Positions 36,964 through 49,087 of a DNA stretch of 64,000 bases are shown in pieces. The translations under genes and the position numbers were made by a program. Origin of the DNA: Candidatus Kaiserbacteria bacterium RIFCSPHIGHO2_01_FULL_54_36 (lineage in GTDB: Bacteria; Patescibacteriota; Minisyncoccia; Phycocordibacterales; UBA2100); NCBI GenBank assembly GCA_001781105.1, contig MFKV01000006.1, positions 9,032-73,031 on the forward strand, in the 5' to 3' direction. Positions within the stretch are counted from its first letter, which is position 1. Every line of letters starts with the position of its first letter. A model generated the notes under the pieces. That model was not told where the DNA came from. It was given only the letters and a program-made list of their open reading frames with translations, and did not search any database.

Positions 36964-37521
36964 ATGAAAAATCTAAATCAATTTTCTCCGCCTCCGTACG
37001 CAAGATCTGGAGACGAGACTGAGAACCAAAAAACGCTCGACGCACGAGAAAGACTTGAGGCGGACATGCATGAGATGGGAGCAATGTACCAAGCGTATCT
37101 TGAAAATCCGGGAACATTTATCGAATCGTACAAACCGATTGGCGGTGAAATCGCAGAAATGTTTGCGGGATTTGCCGAAGACGGTATAACGCCAGAGATG
37201 ATACTGGAAATAGCGAACGAGAGGGCTGCTGTGAAAGAAAGAATTGCCGTGTTTCAATCTACCCTTGCGGCAATGAGAGATGAGGAATTTGCCAAAATAC
37301 AGAGTCTGCGACACGTGCCTCCGAGATCCGTGCAAATTGCAGACAAATATGGCCAGGCCAATAGAGATACAAAATTTGAAGGGGAGAAACCATATGAAGG
37401 TCAATCTCTGGATTTCTACAAACACGATACATGGCGCTTGGAGCAAGAGTTGCGGCAGAGAGCGGTAACTGCTGAATACGAAAAGAGGAGGAGGCGAGGC
37501 ACTGAATCTCCGGAGGTTTAA
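36964..37521 (+). CDS. Hypothetical protein; C-terminus (ESPEV*) encoded by REP 3
   Basis: 185 aa ORF. Confidence 0.65.
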   Translation: MKNLNQFSPPPYARSGDETENQKTLDARERLEADMHEMGAMYQAYLENPGTFIESYKPIGGEIAEMFAGFAEDGITPEMILEIANERAAVKERIAVFQSTLAAMRDEEFAKIQSLRHVPPRSVQIADKYGQANRDTKFEGEKPYEGQSLDFYKHDTWRLEQELRQRAVTAEYEKRRRRGTESPEV

Positions 37522-37526
37522 CCTCC
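37504..37526. repeat. REP-like palindrome 3 (truncated right arm)
   Basis: gaatctccggaggtttaacctcc. Confidence 0.85.
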
Positions 37527-37758
37527 CAAGTTGTTACGTTTGGAATCGCGCGACGGCACGTAATTTCATTATTGTCAAGGTTGACCATGCGGCATCCAGC
37601 ATATATACTCCCGACACATTTGCTGTTAGCTGATTGAGTCACTGTTGCGCTTTTCAAGCAAAGGGGAGGAGGCGTCGAAAGATGCGTTTTCATAAGAAAA
37701 TTTAATAACGGTTCTCACACCTAGGTGCCGCAGACACCTATGGATAGCTTGTTGTAAA

Positions 37759-40700
37759 ATGGCAAAAACGAAGCACGTGCGACCGCAGAAATACTTCGGC
37801 AAGTTCCGGGAACCGCTCGTTAAGTTCCCCTCGCTCGTCGAGTCGCAAATTGCTTCCTTCCGTGATTTCGTGGAGGGTGGCGCCGAGCGCGTGTTCAAGG
37901 AATTCTCGCCCATCTCTGACCACTCAGGGAAGAAATTCGAGCTCAAGCTCGTGAAGTTCACCTTTGGAGAGCTTCGCTGGGACGAGCACTATGCAAAGCG
38001 CACGATGCGCACGTATGAGACGCCACTTTCGATGGTGGTACGCTTAAAGAATAAGACGACAAACGAGGAGAAAGAGCAGGAAATTTTCCTTGCCGATTTC
38101 CCGTGGATGACCGCACACGGCACCTTCATCATCAACGGTGTGGAGCGTATCGTCGTGCCGCAGCTTGCGCGCTCGTACGGCGTGTTTTTCGAATCGATCC
38201 CCTACAAAGGAAAAAATTATTTCGCGGCAAAGATCATTCCCGCGCGCGGCGTGTGGATCGAGATAGAGTCCGACGCTGATGGCGGCATCTACGTAAAGAT
38301 CGATCGCAAGCGCAAGTTCCCCGTGACTTCGCTTTTGCGCGTCTTGGGGCTTACGACCGAGAAGGAGATCTTGGGCGCATTCTCCGCCAAAGGCGGATCC
38401 GCCTCCGGCGGAGAAAAATCTCCCCTCGCGCACGACGCAGTCGCGAAGACGCTTGAGCACGACCATGCGCACACACCTGAGGAGGCATTTGTCGAGATAT
38501 ACCGAAGGCTGCGCGACGGCGACATCGCGACCCCAGAGTCAGCTCGCGACCACGTAAACTCCATTCTTTCCGCTGAGCGCTACGACTTTTCGCGCGTCGG
38601 ACGCTTCCACTTCAACCGCCGCTTCGGGCTCAGTATTGCCGAAAAAGACCTGGCCAATGCCACACTCACGCTCTCCGATGTCGTGCGCATCATTACCCAC
38701 ATTGCGGAGTTGAACGCCAATCCAGCGGCGCTTCCAGACGACATCGACCACCTCGGTTTTCGCCGCGTGCGCTTCGCGGGCGAGCTCCTTGAGAGCCGAA
38801 TGCGCGTCGGGCTTTCACGCATGAAGCGCAACATCCAGGACCGTATGGCGATGGTGGACGCAGAAACCACTTCGCCGGTCACGTTTGTGAATCCCAGACC
38901 CTTCCAGGCAGCGATCCGAGAATTTTTCACTACGGATCAGCTCTCGCAGCTCATGCAGCAGTACAATACGCTCGACGAGATCGAGCACTTGCGCACGCTC
39001 TCGACTCTTGGCCGCGGCGGGCTCACAAGCGAGCGCGCAGGATTGGAAGTGCGTGATGTGCACTCTTCTCACTACGGCCGCGTATGCCCCATCCATACTC
39101 CTGAGGGCAAGAACATCGGGCTCGTGCTTCACATGTCGCTCTACGCGCGCCCCAATGAATTCGGCATCATCGAAACTCCGTATGCAAAAGTCGAGAAGGG
39201 CATCGTGACCAAAGAGATCAAGTATTTGAATGCCTTGGAGGAAGAACAGTATGCGATCGCGCACGCGGGGATCCCGCGCGACGCGAGCGGACACATTACG
39301 GTGAAGATGGTTGAGGTGCGCAAGGAGGGCAATCCCACGCTTGTGAAGCGCGAACAGGTAGATTTCATGGAAGTTGCGACCAACCAGCCGTTTTCTGTTG
39401 CGACGTCGCTCATTCCGTTCGTCGAGAACGACGACGCCAACCGCGCGCTCATGGGTTCGAACATGCAAAAGCAGGCTGTCCCGCTCGTCGTCCCAGAGGC
39501 GCCCTACGTTGCAACAGGCGTCGAGGCTGCAGCAGCACGCGACTCGGGACGACTTATCGTTGCCGAAGAAGCGGGAGAGGTTACCTATGCAGACGCGCAG
39601 ACCATCAAGGTCAAGAACGCGGACGGAAAGACGAAAGAGTATCCACTCGTCAACTTCTCCCGCACCAACGGCTTTACCACCTTTCATCAGCGCCCCCTTA
39701 TTTCCGTGGGGGATTCCGTGAAGAAGGGGGGTATTCTCGCTGATACCTCGACCTCGGTCGGAGGCCAGCTTGCTATAGGCCAGAACGTGCGGGTGGCCTT
39801 CTTGCCGTGGTTTGGCGCCAACTTCGAAGACGCCATCGTCATTTCAGAAAAACTCGCAAAAGAAGCACGATTCACCTCAATACACATGGAGGAATTTATT
39901 TGCGTTGTGCGCGATACCAAGCTCGGCGCTGAAGTGACGACCCACGACATTCCCAACGTTTCCGAATTCAAACTCCGCAATCTGGATGAAGACGGTGTCA
40001 TACGCATCGGCGCGGAAGTGCGCTCCGGCGACATCTTAGTCGGCAAAGTGACGCCGAAAGGCGAAACACAGCTCACTCCCGAAGAGCGCCTTTTGCACGC
40101 CATCTTCGGCGAGAAGGCGAAAGACGTGAAAGATACATCGCTTCGTATGGAGGGCGGCAAGCGTGGTCGCGTCATTGGCGTCAAAGTATTCTCGCGCGAA
40201 ACGGGCGATCAGCTCGAATCGGGCGTTATCAAGCGTGTGCATATCGAAGTGGCGCAGCTGCGCACGATCTCGGTAGGCGACAAGCTCGCCGGCCGCCATG
40301 GCAACAAAGGCGTCATCTCGCGCATTTTGCCGGAAGAGGACATGCCATTCGACGAGGACGGCAATCCGGTTGACATCATTCTCACACCGCTCGGCGTGCC
40401 TTCGCGCATGAACTTGGGCCAGATCCTCGAGCTGCACTTGGGGCTTGCGGCTGAAATGCTCGGCTACCAGGCGGTCGTGCCATCGTTCGCTGGGGCGACC
40501 GAAGAGGAGATCCGGAGCGAACTTAAGAAAGCTGGGGTAGCTGAAAGCGGCAAGCGAGTCCTATACGATGGCCGTACAGGCGAAGCTTTCGCGCAGCCCG
40601 TTTCGGTCGGCGTCATGTATATATTGAAACTCCATCACATGGTGGAGGACAAGATCCACATGCGCTCTATCGGCCCGTACTCGCTCACGACGCAGCAGCC

Positions 40701-40965
40701 TTTGGGCGGCAAAGCGCAGAACGGCGGCCAGCGCGTGGGGGAAATGGAAGTCTGGGCATTCTTGGGCTACGGCGCCGCATATTCACTCCGGGAAATCCTC
40801 ACCATCAAATCCGATGACATCTTGGGCCGCTCTGCAGCCTTTGATGCTATCGTCTCCGGCAAGCGCATCGAAGAGAGCAACACGCCTGCCACGTTCAACG
40901 TCTTGGTCCGGCATTTGCGCGGTCTGGGGATCGATATTGAATTCAAGGAAAGAGTCAGTAGTTAG
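37759..40965 (+). CDS. rpoB: RNA polymerase beta subunit
   Basis: GTFIINGVER, RDVH.SHYGR.CP, RALMGSNMQ.Q, GDKLAGRHGNKG, GEMEVWA. Confidence 0.99.
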   Translation: MAKTKHVRPQKYFGKFREPLVKFPSLVESQIASFRDFVEGGAERVFKEFSPISDHSGKKFELKLVKFTFGELRWDEHYAKRTMRTYETPLSMVVRLKNKTTNEEKEQEIFLADFPWMTAHGTFIINGVERIVVPQLARSYGVFFESIPYKGKNYFAAKIIPARGVWIEIESDADGGIYVKIDRKRKFPVTSLLRVLGLTTEKEILGAFSAKGGSASGGEKSPLAHDAVAKTLEHDHAHTPEEAFVEIYRRLRDGDIATPESARDHVNSILSAERYDFSRVGRFHFNRRFGLSIAEKDLANATLTLSDVVRIITHIAELNANPAALPDDIDHLGFRRVRFAGELLESRMRVGLSRMKRNIQDRMAMVDAETTSPVTFVNPRPFQAAIREFFTTDQLSQLMQQYNTLDEIEHLRTLSTLGRGGLTSERAGLEVRDVHSSHYGRVCPIHTPEGKNIGLVLHMSLYARPNEFGIIETPYAKVEKGIVTKEIKYLNALEEEQYAIAHAGIPRDASGHITVKMVEVRKEGNPTLVKREQVDFMEVATNQPFSVATSLIPFVENDDANRALMGSNMQKQAVPLVVPEAPYVATGVEAAAARDSGRLIVAEEAGEVTYADAQTIKVKNADGKTKEYPLVNFSRTNGFTTFHQRPLISVGDSVKKGGILADTSTSVGGQLAIGQNVRVAFLPWFGANFEDAIVISEKLAKEARFTSIHMEEFICVVRDTKLGAEVTTHDIPNVSEFKLRNLDEDGVIRIGAEVRSGDILVGKVTPKGETQLTPEERLLHAIFGEKAKDVKDTSLRMEGGKRGRVIGVKVFSRETGDQLESGVIKRVHIEVAQLRTISVGDKLAGRHGNKGVISRILPEEDMPFDEDGNPVDIILTPLGVPSRMNLGQILELHLGLAAEMLGYQAVVPSFAGATEEEIRSELKKAGVAESGKRVLYDGRTGEAFAQPVSVGVMYILKLHHMVEDKIHMRSIGPYSLTTQQPLGGKAQNGGQRVGEMEVWAFLGYGAAYSLREILTIKSDDILGRSAAFDAIVSGKRIEESNTPATFNVLVRHLRGLGIDIEFKERVSS
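38383..38412. repeat. 30-bp double-hairpin insert in rpoB (SAKGGSASGG)
   Basis: tccgcc-aaa-ggcgga-tccgcc-tcc-ggcgga. Confidence 0.8.
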
Positions 40966-41040
40966 TAGTAAGTAGAAAATAGTATGAATACAAAATACAA
41001 ACACGCGCCACTACTAACTACTAACTACTAACTATTTACT
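40953..41040. repeat. Inverted pair of 7-bp tandem arrays between rpoB and rpoC
   Basis: (agttagt)x3 ... (actaact)x4. Confidence 0.85.
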
Positions 41041-44000
41041 ATGCAACGAAAAAAAGACATCATACCTCAAGATTTTGAAGCAGTGGCGATGCGGCTTGCT
41101 TCCCCCGAGCGCATGGCCGAGTGGAGCTTTGGCGAGATCACAAAGCCAGAGACCATCAACTACCGGACACAGCGTCCGGAGAAAAACGGCCTCTTCGACG
41201 AACGCGTCTTCGGGCCCGAGAAAGATTACGAATGCTACTGTGGCAAATATCGAGGCATTCGCTTCCGCGGCATCGTCTGCGAGAAGTGTGGCGTCGAGAT
41301 CACGCGCGCGATCGTGCGCCGGGAGCGCATGGGCCACATCGATCTTGCGACTCCCGTTTCGCACATCTGGTTTTTGCGCGGCATCCCGTCGCGCATCGCA
41401 CTCATGCTGGGCCTTTCTGCTGCAGAGGTGGAAAAAGTAGTTTACTTTGCCGGCTACATCGTGACGCACGTGGATGAAAAAGAGCGCGACCGGCTCCTGA
41501 AGGACCTCGAACAGGAATTTTCGACAAAGAACAAATCCGCCGCGACCGCGGAGGTCAAAACCGATCTCAAGGAGCGTGCCACGAAGGCGAAGAAAGAGAT
41601 CGAATCCGTTGAACAGGGCGTCGTCCTTGATGAAGCCGCATACCACCTTTTCGCCGTGAAATATGGCGCAATGTTCCGAGCAGCGATAGGCGCCGAGGCC
41701 TTGTATAACATTTTGAAGCACATAGACATCGATGCGTTCATTAAGAAGGTGAAAGAGCAATACGAGAAATCAGGTGCTGCCGATCGCGATAAGCTGCGCA
41801 AGCGCTTGGGGCTCGCCGAGAGCTTGCAGCGCGCGGGCGTGCGCCCCGAGTGGATGTTTATGACACGCTTACCGATCGTTCCGCCAGCTCTCCGCCCCAT
41901 GGTCGCGCTCGAAGGCGGCCGCCACGCATCAAGCGACCTCAACGACCTCTACCGCCGTGTTATCAACAGAAACAACCGCCTGAAGCGCCTTTTGGCCATT
42001 CACGCGCCCGAAGTCATTTTGCGCAACGAGAAGCGCATCTTGCAGGAAGCAGTGGATGCCCTCCTCGACAACTCGATGCGCCGCGGCGCGGGGGTGTTAG
42101 GTATCCTCGGTGGCCGCCGTCGCGCGCTCAAATCTCTTGCTGACTACTTGAAGGGCAAGCACGGGTATCTGCGCCAAAATCTCCTGGGCAAGCGCGTCGA
42201 TTACTCGGGCCGCTCGGTCATCGTCGTCGGCCCGGATCTCGCGCTCGATGAGTGCGGTTTACCCAAGCATATGGTGCTCGAACTGTTCCGCCCGTTCGTT
42301 ATCGCGGGCCTTCTCGCGCGCGAGCTTGCATACAACATCCGCGGCGCCGGCCGCCTCATAGAAGACGAGGCGCCGGAGGTATGGCCGATTCTCGAAGAGG
42401 CTATCAAAGATAAGTACGTACTTCTCAACCGCGCGCCAACACTTCACCGCCAATCGATCCAGGCGTTCCGCCCGGTCTTGATCGAAGGCAATGCGATCCA
42501 GGTGCATCCGCTCGTGTGCCCCGCGTACAACGCTGACTTCGACGGCGACGCGATGGCTGTGCACGTGCCGCTCTCGGAGGCCGCGCAGAAAGAGGCGCAG
42601 ATGATAATGTCCGCCAACAAGAACGTTTTGAAGCCAGGCTCGGGCGACGTCGTCGTAGCAAGTAAGCTTCTCGATATCGTCTTGGGCTGCTACTGGATGA
42701 CAAAGTCGGTTGAGAAGGCGAAAGGCGAGGGCAGCGCATTCCCTTCCACCAACGCGGCCATCACCGCGCACGATTTTGGTGCGGTAGATCTGCGCGCCAA
42801 GATCAAGGTCTTGCCGACGGAAAACAAGAAATACGAGCAGTTCCAGGGCAAAGTATTCGAGACCACCGTTGGCCGCCTGCTTTTCAATTCGGTCCTGCCG
42901 AGCGACTTTCCGTTCCTCAACGAAGAGATAACCAACAAGCGTATGGGCGCCCTGGTACAAAACCTTGTTACGCACTACAAGCTCGACGGCATTCCCGTCA
43001 TCCTCGACAAGATCAAAGCCTTCGGCTTCCGCTACGCCACGTACGCAGGCATTACCTGGTCAATTTCAGACGTTATCGTGCCTTCGCAAAAAGAAGCGAT
43101 GGTACGTGAAGGGCGCGAGCAAGCTGCGCGCGAGCTCGAGAACTACCTGAGCGGGCTTCTTACCGAAGATGAACGCCGCCGCATGACGATCGAGATCTGG
43201 GGCAAAGTCTCCGGCGAGCTCCGCAAGCATGTGGTAGACGCGCTCGACAACACGGGCTCCGTGCACGACATGATCCAATCGGGCGCCCGCGGCTCGGTGG
43301 TCCAGCTGCACCAAATGGTGGGCATGAAAGGCCTCATTACCAACCCGCGTGGCGAGATCATCGAATTCCCTATTACCTCGTCGCTGAAAGAGGGCCTTAC
43401 GCCAATTGAATACTTCATTTCGACGCACGGCGCTCGCAAAGGCTTGGCCGATACCGCGCTCAATACCGCGCGCGCGGGGTATCTCACACGCCGTCTATTC
43501 GATGTGGCGCACGACGTGGTCGTCCTGGAGAACGACTGCGGCACCAAAGAAGGCGTTCTCATCAAACGCCCGGGAAAGGAAAATATCGGCGGCTCATTTA
43601 CTGACCGGGTGAATGGCCGCGTACTTGCGGAAGAGGTGGTTGCATTTAAGCGCAACCATCTTCTTAATCGCGATGATGCGAAAGCGATAGAAGAAAGCGA
43701 TGCACAAGAGGTAGTGGTACGCAGCCCGATGACCTGCAGGGTCGCAAGAGGCGTGTGCCAAAAGTGCTACGGCATGGACCTTACGACCGGCGAGATCGTG
43801 GATGTGGGCGAAGCGATCGGCGTTATCGCCGCGCAAGCCATCGGCGAGCCGGGAACTCAGCTTACGATGCGCACCTTCCACACCGGAGGTGTGGCAACAG
43901 CTGGCGGCGACATTACGATGGGCTTGCCCCGCGTCGAAGAAGTCTTCGAGACGCGCGCACCAAAATTGCCAGCCACCATTTCCCGTGTTGACGGCGTTGT

Positions 44001-44733
44001 TACCGACATCCAGAAAGACGGGCAGGAGACTGTCATCACCATTCTTCCTGAAGCCTCGACCGCGAAGCAGACAGCGAAGGCTGCGAAGAAAGATGCCGAA
44101 TACCGCATACACCCACTCCGTACGATCCTTGTGAAGAAGGGAGCAAACGTTGCAAAAGGGGATTTCCTCACCGACGGCTCGGCGGATCTCGAAGAACTCT
44201 TCACGCTTGCCGGCAAGGAGCGCTCGCAGCAATACATAATCGACGAGATCACGCGTATCTACGAATTGCAGGGTGTCTCTACGGGTCGCAAGCACCTCGA
44301 AGTCATCGTGAAGCAAATGTTCTCCCGCGTCTCCGTTACGACTTCCGGCGATACTGGAGTCTCTGCAGGAGAGATCGTTGCAGACTTCGAATTCGAACGC
44401 ATCAACAAGGTGCAGAAAGAAGTGGACGGCGAGCTCGCGAAAGGCAAGCAGCTCCTGCTCGGCATTACTGAGGTCTCGCTCACACGCGCATCCTTCCTCT
44501 CAGCTATCTCCTTCCAAAACACCCCGCGCAAGCTCGCTGAAGCGGCTGTAAGCGGTGCCGTAGACCGCTTGGTGGGTCTCAAGGAGAACGTCATCATCGG
44601 CCGCCTCATCCCCGCCGGCACCGGATTCCCCGGCTCTAAAAAACACGCGATGATAGAAGAAATGGAAGCAGGCTTCGCCGCCTCAGCACCCGCCGAAGTG
44701 CCGCAAACCGAACGGGAGCGCTCGGAGCGGTAG
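41041..44733 (+). CDS. rpoC: RNA polymerase beta' subunit
   Basis: KPETINYRT, zinc finger, [32 protein letters not shown]. Confidence 0.99.
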   Translation: MQRKKDIIPQDFEAVAMRLASPERMAEWSFGEITKPETINYRTQRPEKNGLFDERVFGPEKDYECYCGKYRGIRFRGIVCEKCGVEITRAIVRRERMGHIDLATPVSHIWFLRGIPSRIALMLGLSAAEVEKVVYFAGYIVTHVDEKERDRLLKDLEQEFSTKNKSAATAEVKTDLKERATKAKKEIESVEQGVVLDEAAYHLFAVKYGAMFRAAIGAEALYNILKHIDIDAFIKKVKEQYEKSGAADRDKLRKRLGLAESLQRAGVRPEWMFMTRLPIVPPALRPMVALEGGRHASSDLNDLYRRVINRNNRLKRLLAIHAPEVILRNEKRILQEAVDALLDNSMRRGAGVLGILGGRRRALKSLADYLKGKHGYLRQNLLGKRVDYSGRSVIVVGPDLALDECGLPKHMVLELFRPFVIAGLLARELAYNIRGAGRLIEDEAPEVWPILEEAIKDKYVLLNRAPTLHRQSIQAFRPVLIEGNAIQVHPLVCPAYNADFDGDAMAVHVPLSEAAQKEAQMIMSANKNVLKPGSGDVVVASKLLDIVLGCYWMTKSVEKAKGEGSAFPSTNAAITAHDFGAVDLRAKIKVLPTENKKYEQFQGKVFETTVGRLLFNSVLPSDFPFLNEEITNKRMGALVQNLVTHYKLDGIPVILDKIKAFGFRYATYAGITWSISDVIVPSQKEAMVREGREQAARELENYLSGLLTEDERRRMTIEIWGKVSGELRKHVVDALDNTGSVHDMIQSGARGSVVQLHQMVGMKGLITNPRGEIIEFPITSSLKEGLTPIEYFISTHGARKGLADTALNTARAGYLTRRLFDVAHDVVVLENDCGTKEGVLIKRPGKENIGGSFTDRVNGRVLAEEVVAFKRNHLLNRDDAKAIEESDAQEVVVRSPMTCRVARGVCQKCYGMDLTTGEIVDVGEAIGVIAAQAIGEPGTQLTMRTFHTGGVATAGGDITMGLPRVEEVFETRAPKLPATISRVDGVVTDIQKDGQETVITILPEASTAKQTAKAAKKDAEYRIHPLRTILVKKGANVAKGDFLTDGSADLEELFTLAGKERSQQYIIDEITRIYELQGVSTGRKHLEVIVKQMFSRVSVTTSGDTGVSAGEIVADFEFERINKVQKEVDGELAKGKQLLLGITEVSLTRASFLSAISFQNTPRKLAEAAVSGAVDRLVGLKENVIIGRLIPAGTGFPGSKKHAMIEEMEAGFAASAPAEVPQTERERSER

Positions 44734-44808
44734 CTTTGACAGCTAGTTTGTGTTCGCATATGGTGCAAGTCGGACTTCAGTCCGAGGTGTTCCACTTTGG
44801 AGGATGAT

Positions 44809-44955
44809 ATGCCTAAAAACCACGCGATCTATATTGGAGGTCTTGGCGTTGCAGTGTTCGGCGGCGTCATAATCGGAGTCGCTCTTGCCAATTTTACGCT
44901 CGGGGTCGGCATCGCCGTCCTCGGAATGGGCCTGGCGATGATGCTGAAGTCGTAG
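44809..44955 (+). CDS. 48-aa Gly-rich two-TM small protein (not in the ORF track)
   Basis: GGAGG SD; MPKNHAIYIGGLGVAVFGGVIIGVALANFTLGVGIAVLGMGLAMMLKS; terminator 44970-45002. Confidence 0.7.
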   Translation: MPKNHAIYIGGLGVAVFGGVIIGVALANFTLGVGIAVLGMGLAMMLKS

Positions 44956-45028
44956 TTACCCAACATCGTAGCCCGGCGGCGTTCGCCGGGCTTTCGCTTT
45001 TCTTAATTTCTCGGAGCATAATAGGTGC

Positions 45029-46759
45029 ATGGCGGACACTGTTCAGCAAATAAAAGACCGGCTTTCAATAGTCGACGTTGTATCGCAATACGTAAAGCTT
45101 GAGCGCGCAGGCGCGAGCCTGCGCGCACGGTGTCCGTTCCACGCCGAGCGCACGCCTTCGTTCCACGTGTCTCCAGATCGAGGGACGTATCACTGCTTCG
45201 GTTGCAACGTTGGCGGCGATATCTTTTCATTCGTTGAGGCCATCGAAGGCTTGGATTTCAAAGGCGCGCTCAAAGTGCTGGCCGAGAAAGCCGGAGTTCC
45301 TTTGGTGTATGAGCGGCCAGAAAAGCGCGACGAGCGCGAGCGATTGTTTGAATTGATGGAAGTGGCAACAATATTTTACGCGTCACGTCTCTCGAGCGCC
45401 GCCACAAAATATCTCAAGGGGCGCGGCATCACTGAGGCGACAGCGCAGACGTTCCGCGTCGGGCTCGCGGGAGATGCATGGAGCGAGCTTTCGGATCACC
45501 TGAAGGACAAGAGATTTTCAGACAAAGAAATTATCGATGCAGGACTCGCCAAAAAGACCGAGCGTGGCGGCCTCAACGATAAATTTCGGAATCGCATTAT
45601 GTTCCCGATTGCAGATAGCGCCGGTCGCGTGGCTGGCTTCTCCGGGCGCATCTTTGGCGAGAAAGCTTCGCCCGAGGCGCCGAAATACCTCAATTCGCCT
45701 GAGACCCCACTCTTCCATAAATCCCGCATCCTGTATGGCTTCGACCGCGCGAAACAATCGATCCGCAAGAACAATTGCGCAGTGCTCGTAGAGGGACAAA
45801 TGGACTTATTGGCTAGTCACCAAGCTGGATGGGGAAATACGCTCGCGGTTTCGGGTACCGCATTTACTCTTGAGCACGCTGCTCTTATCCGACGCATGAC
45901 AGACAATCTCGTCATTGCACTCGACGCCGATGAAGCGGGCATCAAGGCGGCAGGGCGCGCCGCGCGCGCAGCGCTCCAAGGCGGGCTCAACGTCAAAGTC
46001 GCACAATTGCCCAAGGACCTCGATCCGGCGGACCTCATACTGCAAAAAGGCGCGGAGGAGTGGAAAAAAGCAATACGTGATTCGAAGGACATCATCACAT
46101 TTTTACTCGACGTCTTGGAAGAGCACATGAAAACGCCCGATAGGTTTCGCCGTTCAGTCGAACAGGTAGTCTTGCCATTCCTCTCCGATGTACAAAGCCC
46201 GATCGCGCGCGAGCAGTATCTGCGCGAGATCGCAGAGCGCCTCAATGTGTCAGAAGCCGCGGTTGCCGAAGCGCTGGAGAAGTTACCGCGCCCCGCCGAG
46301 GGCGGGGCGCGCGCAACAGCTGCGGAGAGTAGCAAGAAAGAAGTAGCGAGTAATCCCACGCACTCGCGCAGCTTCGATCGCGCTAAGCAAGCATTCTCGA
46401 TACTGCTCTGGCAGCAGTCGCTTCCGAAGCCGTCGCTGGACGTCGCGGCATATGCGCGTGAGCTCGAGGCGGCAATAGGCAAAGATGCGCTCACCGCACT
46501 CGGTACTCTCCCCGAGAACGAGCGCGAAGCGCTGCGCTTTTCGGCAGAGCGTCTGCACGGGAAGAGCCCCAACCCGCAGAAGGCGGCGGAGGCGCTTCTT
46601 TCGGTCATCTTGAAGGAGCTTTTTGCCGAAGAACTAAGGGAAGCAACTCTACAGCTGAAGAAAGCTGAAAGCGGTAAGAATGAGGACGAGGTGGAGCGGC
46701 TCATGGGTGTGTGTAAACTGTTGACAACTCGAATTGCACAATTGCACGAAAAAGTATAG
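45029..46759 (+). CDS. dnaG: DNA primase
   Basis: CPFH.E.TPSF..HCFGC, FRNRIMFPI, PKYLNSPET, VEG..D, D.D.AG. Confidence 0.98.
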   Translation: MADTVQQIKDRLSIVDVVSQYVKLERAGASLRARCPFHAERTPSFHVSPDRGTYHCFGCNVGGDIFSFVEAIEGLDFKGALKVLAEKAGVPLVYERPEKRDERERLFELMEVATIFYASRLSSAATKYLKGRGITEATAQTFRVGLAGDAWSELSDHLKDKRFSDKEIIDAGLAKKTERGGLNDKFRNRIMFPIADSAGRVAGFSGRIFGEKASPEAPKYLNSPETPLFHKSRILYGFDRAKQSIRKNNCAVLVEGQMDLLASHQAGWGNTLAVSGTAFTLEHAALIRRMTDNLVIALDADEAGIKAAGRAARAALQGGLNVKVAQLPKDLDPADLILQKGAEEWKKAIRDSKDIITFLLDVLEEHMKTPDRFRRSVEQVVLPFLSDVQSPIAREQYLREIAERLNVSEAAVAEALEKLPRPAEGGARATAAESSKKEVASNPTHSRSFDRAKQAFSILLWQQSLPKPSLDVAAYARELEAAIGKDALTALGTLPENEREALRFSAERLHGKSPNPQKAAEALLSVILKELFAEELREATLQLKKAESGKNEDEVERLMGVCKLLTTRIAQLHEKV

Positions 46760-46898
46760 AGTTATCCGCTTGTGTCTTCAATCAGTCTGTTTAGGGCGTT
46801 TTTGATAATACATAGAGCCCTAGAATGGTAAGACACTCTGGGAAACAGCGTCCTCACAAGGGAGGCGGTTCGCTGCGCACCTGTAGATAACTATTGCA

Positions 46899-48182
46899 AT
46901 GGCAAAAAAGAAACAAATAAAGAAAGCACCTGTCCGGTCAGGAAAAAAGAAGGTCGCTCGGCGGCCGGTCAAGCGCCATATCCGCAAACCAGCACGAGCA
47001 AAGCATAAGGCAACTGCTCGTACCAGGAAATCGCGGGCCGTAAAACCCCTGAAGCGGAAACGGACGATTGCGCCCATTTCGGCTTCGAAGGGTAGGGCGA
47101 TGGATGGGAAGCGCCAAGGCAAGGTGGACGCGCTCATCAATCTCGGCAAGGAGCGCGGCTACATTACCTACGACGAGATCCTGCGAGAATTCCCTACAAT
47201 AGAGGATAATGTGACACTTCTGGAAGAAATGTATGAACTCTTCGGCACTGCCGGCATTGATGTCTTGGAAGGCGGCGGCATGCTCGAAGATACTTCTGCG
47301 GATACGGTCTTGGCGAGCAAGAAACTGCAGAACCGCCGCGCCGATGCTGGCTATGACTCCGTACAGATGTATTTGCGCGAGATAGGTCAGTACCCACTTC
47401 TCAACGGCCAGCAGGAGAAAGATCTCGCGAAGCGAATTTTGCAGAGCGATAGCGAGGCGCGCAACATTCTCGCGCGCTCCAACCTGCGCCTCGTCGTCTC
47501 TATCGCGAAGAAATATGTAAATCGTTCTCCCGACCTGACGCTCCTCGACCTCATCCAAGAAGGCAACCTCGGCCTCTTCAAAGCCGTAGACAAATTCGAT
47601 TACACGAAAGGATACAAATTCTCGACCTATGCTACCTGGTGGATCCGCCAGGCTATCACCCGCGCGCTCGCGGATCAGAGCCGCACTATCCGCATCCCCG
47701 TCCACATGGTGGAAACGATCGCGAAGTACAAGCAAAAAGTGCGCGAGTTGAGCCAGCACCTAGGCCGCGATCCGCTTCCCGAAGAGATCGCCGCGGAAAT
47801 GGGGATTGAGATTGAGAAGATCTACACTATCCAGAAGATCAATCAGGACACCGTCTCACTCGAGAGCCCGGTGGGCGAAGACGACGACGAGCGCTCAACG
47901 CTTGGCAGCTTCATCGCCGACGATACGATCGCAAGCCCCGACATGGATGCCTCGCGCCGCATTCTCAATGAGCAGATGGTAGAGATCCTCGACGAGCTTT
48001 CGCCCAAGGAGCGAAAGATCCTCGAAATGCGCAACGGCCTCACTGACGAGGGGATTTGCTTTACCTTGGAGGAGGTGGGTCGCGAATTCGGCGTCACCCG
48101 CGAACGCATCCGCCAAATCGAAGCCAAGGCGCTTGAAAGAATCAGATTTCACGAAAGAGCCAAGCAACTTCGCAGCTACTAG
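46899..48182 (+). CDS. rpoD: Primary sigma factor RpoD/SigA with basic N-terminal extension
   Basis: [55 protein letters not shown]. Confidence 0.98.
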   Translation: MAKKKQIKKAPVRSGKKKVARRPVKRHIRKPARAKHKATARTRKSRAVKPLKRKRTIAPISASKGRAMDGKRQGKVDALINLGKERGYITYDEILREFPTIEDNVTLLEEMYELFGTAGIDVLEGGGMLEDTSADTVLASKKLQNRRADAGYDSVQMYLREIGQYPLLNGQQEKDLAKRILQSDSEARNILARSNLRLVVSIAKKYVNRSPDLTLLDLIQEGNLGLFKAVDKFDYTKGYKFSTYATWWIRQAITRALADQSRTIRIPVHMVETIAKYKQKVRELSQHLGRDPLPEEIAAEMGIEIEKIYTIQKINQDTVSLESPVGEDDDERSTLGSFIADDTIASPDMDASRRILNEQMVEILDELSPKERKILEMRNGLTDEGICFTLEEVGREFGVTRERIRQIEAKALERIRFHERAKQLRSY

Positions 48183-48298
48183 CGTAACGACACCGTTTTG
48201 CATATAGGACATATTCGCCCGAATAAGTCCTATAACGGATTGTTTGTCCAAATCGAACGGCCGGGCGATTCCATCTTGTGGGGCCCGGCCGCGTGTTG

Positions 48299-48586
48299 TC
48301 AGAGCACAAGGCGTATCAGTGCGGCCACGCAAGTGACTACAATGATGCCGCCACCGATCCGCATGAGGCGGCTTCCGTTCGCCGTATGTTTCTCCCCGAG
48401 TTCTTTGAGGGTGTTCAGCGCGCTGTGCTCTGCGGCCAGCACGATCATTGAGTTGGGCGGCAGAACTCTCGCGAACGGGTTGATGGTCGCGGCCAATCGG
48501 CCGATAGATCGCAGCTTATGCCCGCGCCAGAACGTATACGCGCCGGCGAGAAGAGCTGCGATAAAGAGCAGATCCCAGTAACTCAT
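48299..48586 (-). CDS. Cassette 5: small two-TM membrane protein
   Basis: GGGAG SD; two hydrophobic helices. Confidence 0.7.
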   Translation of the reverse strand: MSYWDLLFIAALLAGAYTFWRGHKLRSIGRLAATINPFARVLPPNSMIVLAAEHSALNTLKELGEKHTANGSRLMRIGGGIIVVTCVAALIRLVL

Positions 48587-48664
48587 GGTTGAACTCCCGG
48601 TTGTCTTCCCGTGAGATGTTATACCCCTATTAAAATTTATCCAAACTGGACTGCAGAGCGCGAT

Positions 48665-49087
48665 TTAAGGAGTAGTGAAGTCGACGCCGAGGGCTAATCC
48701 GGCGAAAAATATGAGGCCGATCAAGACGAGTGGGACGATCAAGAGCCACTTGAGGATATTAGTGTGTTTGTCGGAGAGCTCTTTTGGTGCCGGGCCGAAG
48801 CGATTGTCTATGCCGTTGCCTTTGTAGAAAAGGGGAACGATGGTGTTGTAAATGGGAATGAGCACGTACCATCCACTTTTGTCCAGATCGTGCATCCTGG
48901 AGATGCCAAAAAGTATGGCGCTCGCAAAAGTGATCGCGTTCCAAGCGTAGTCGATATTGCGAGCGGTGTCTCCTGAGAAAGCCAGTTCAATAAGTCCGAG
49001 CACAAGCCCCCCATAGAGAAGGATTATCAGGTAGAGCCAATAGTAGCTGCGGCTGAGGCGTTGTGCACCAAAAGCGTTCCAGTCCAT
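48665..49087 (-). CDS. Cassette 4: DUF805-family membrane protein
   Basis: RLSR..YW, R.HD.DKSGW..LIP, G....NRFGP.P. Confidence 0.85.
   Translation of the reverse strand: MDWNAFGAQRLSRSYYWLYLIILLYGGLVLGLIELAFSGDTARNIDYAWNAITFASAILFGISRMHDLDKSGWYVLIPIYNTIVPLFYKGNGIDNRFGPAPKELSDKHTNILKWLLIVPLVLIGLIFFAGLALGVDFTTP

Noticed and set aside
37759-44733. Inteins or introns in rpoB/rpoC (also dnaE, gyrB)
   Set aside because: Lengths are normal or short and no C...HN splice motifs are seen; only short palindromic inserts
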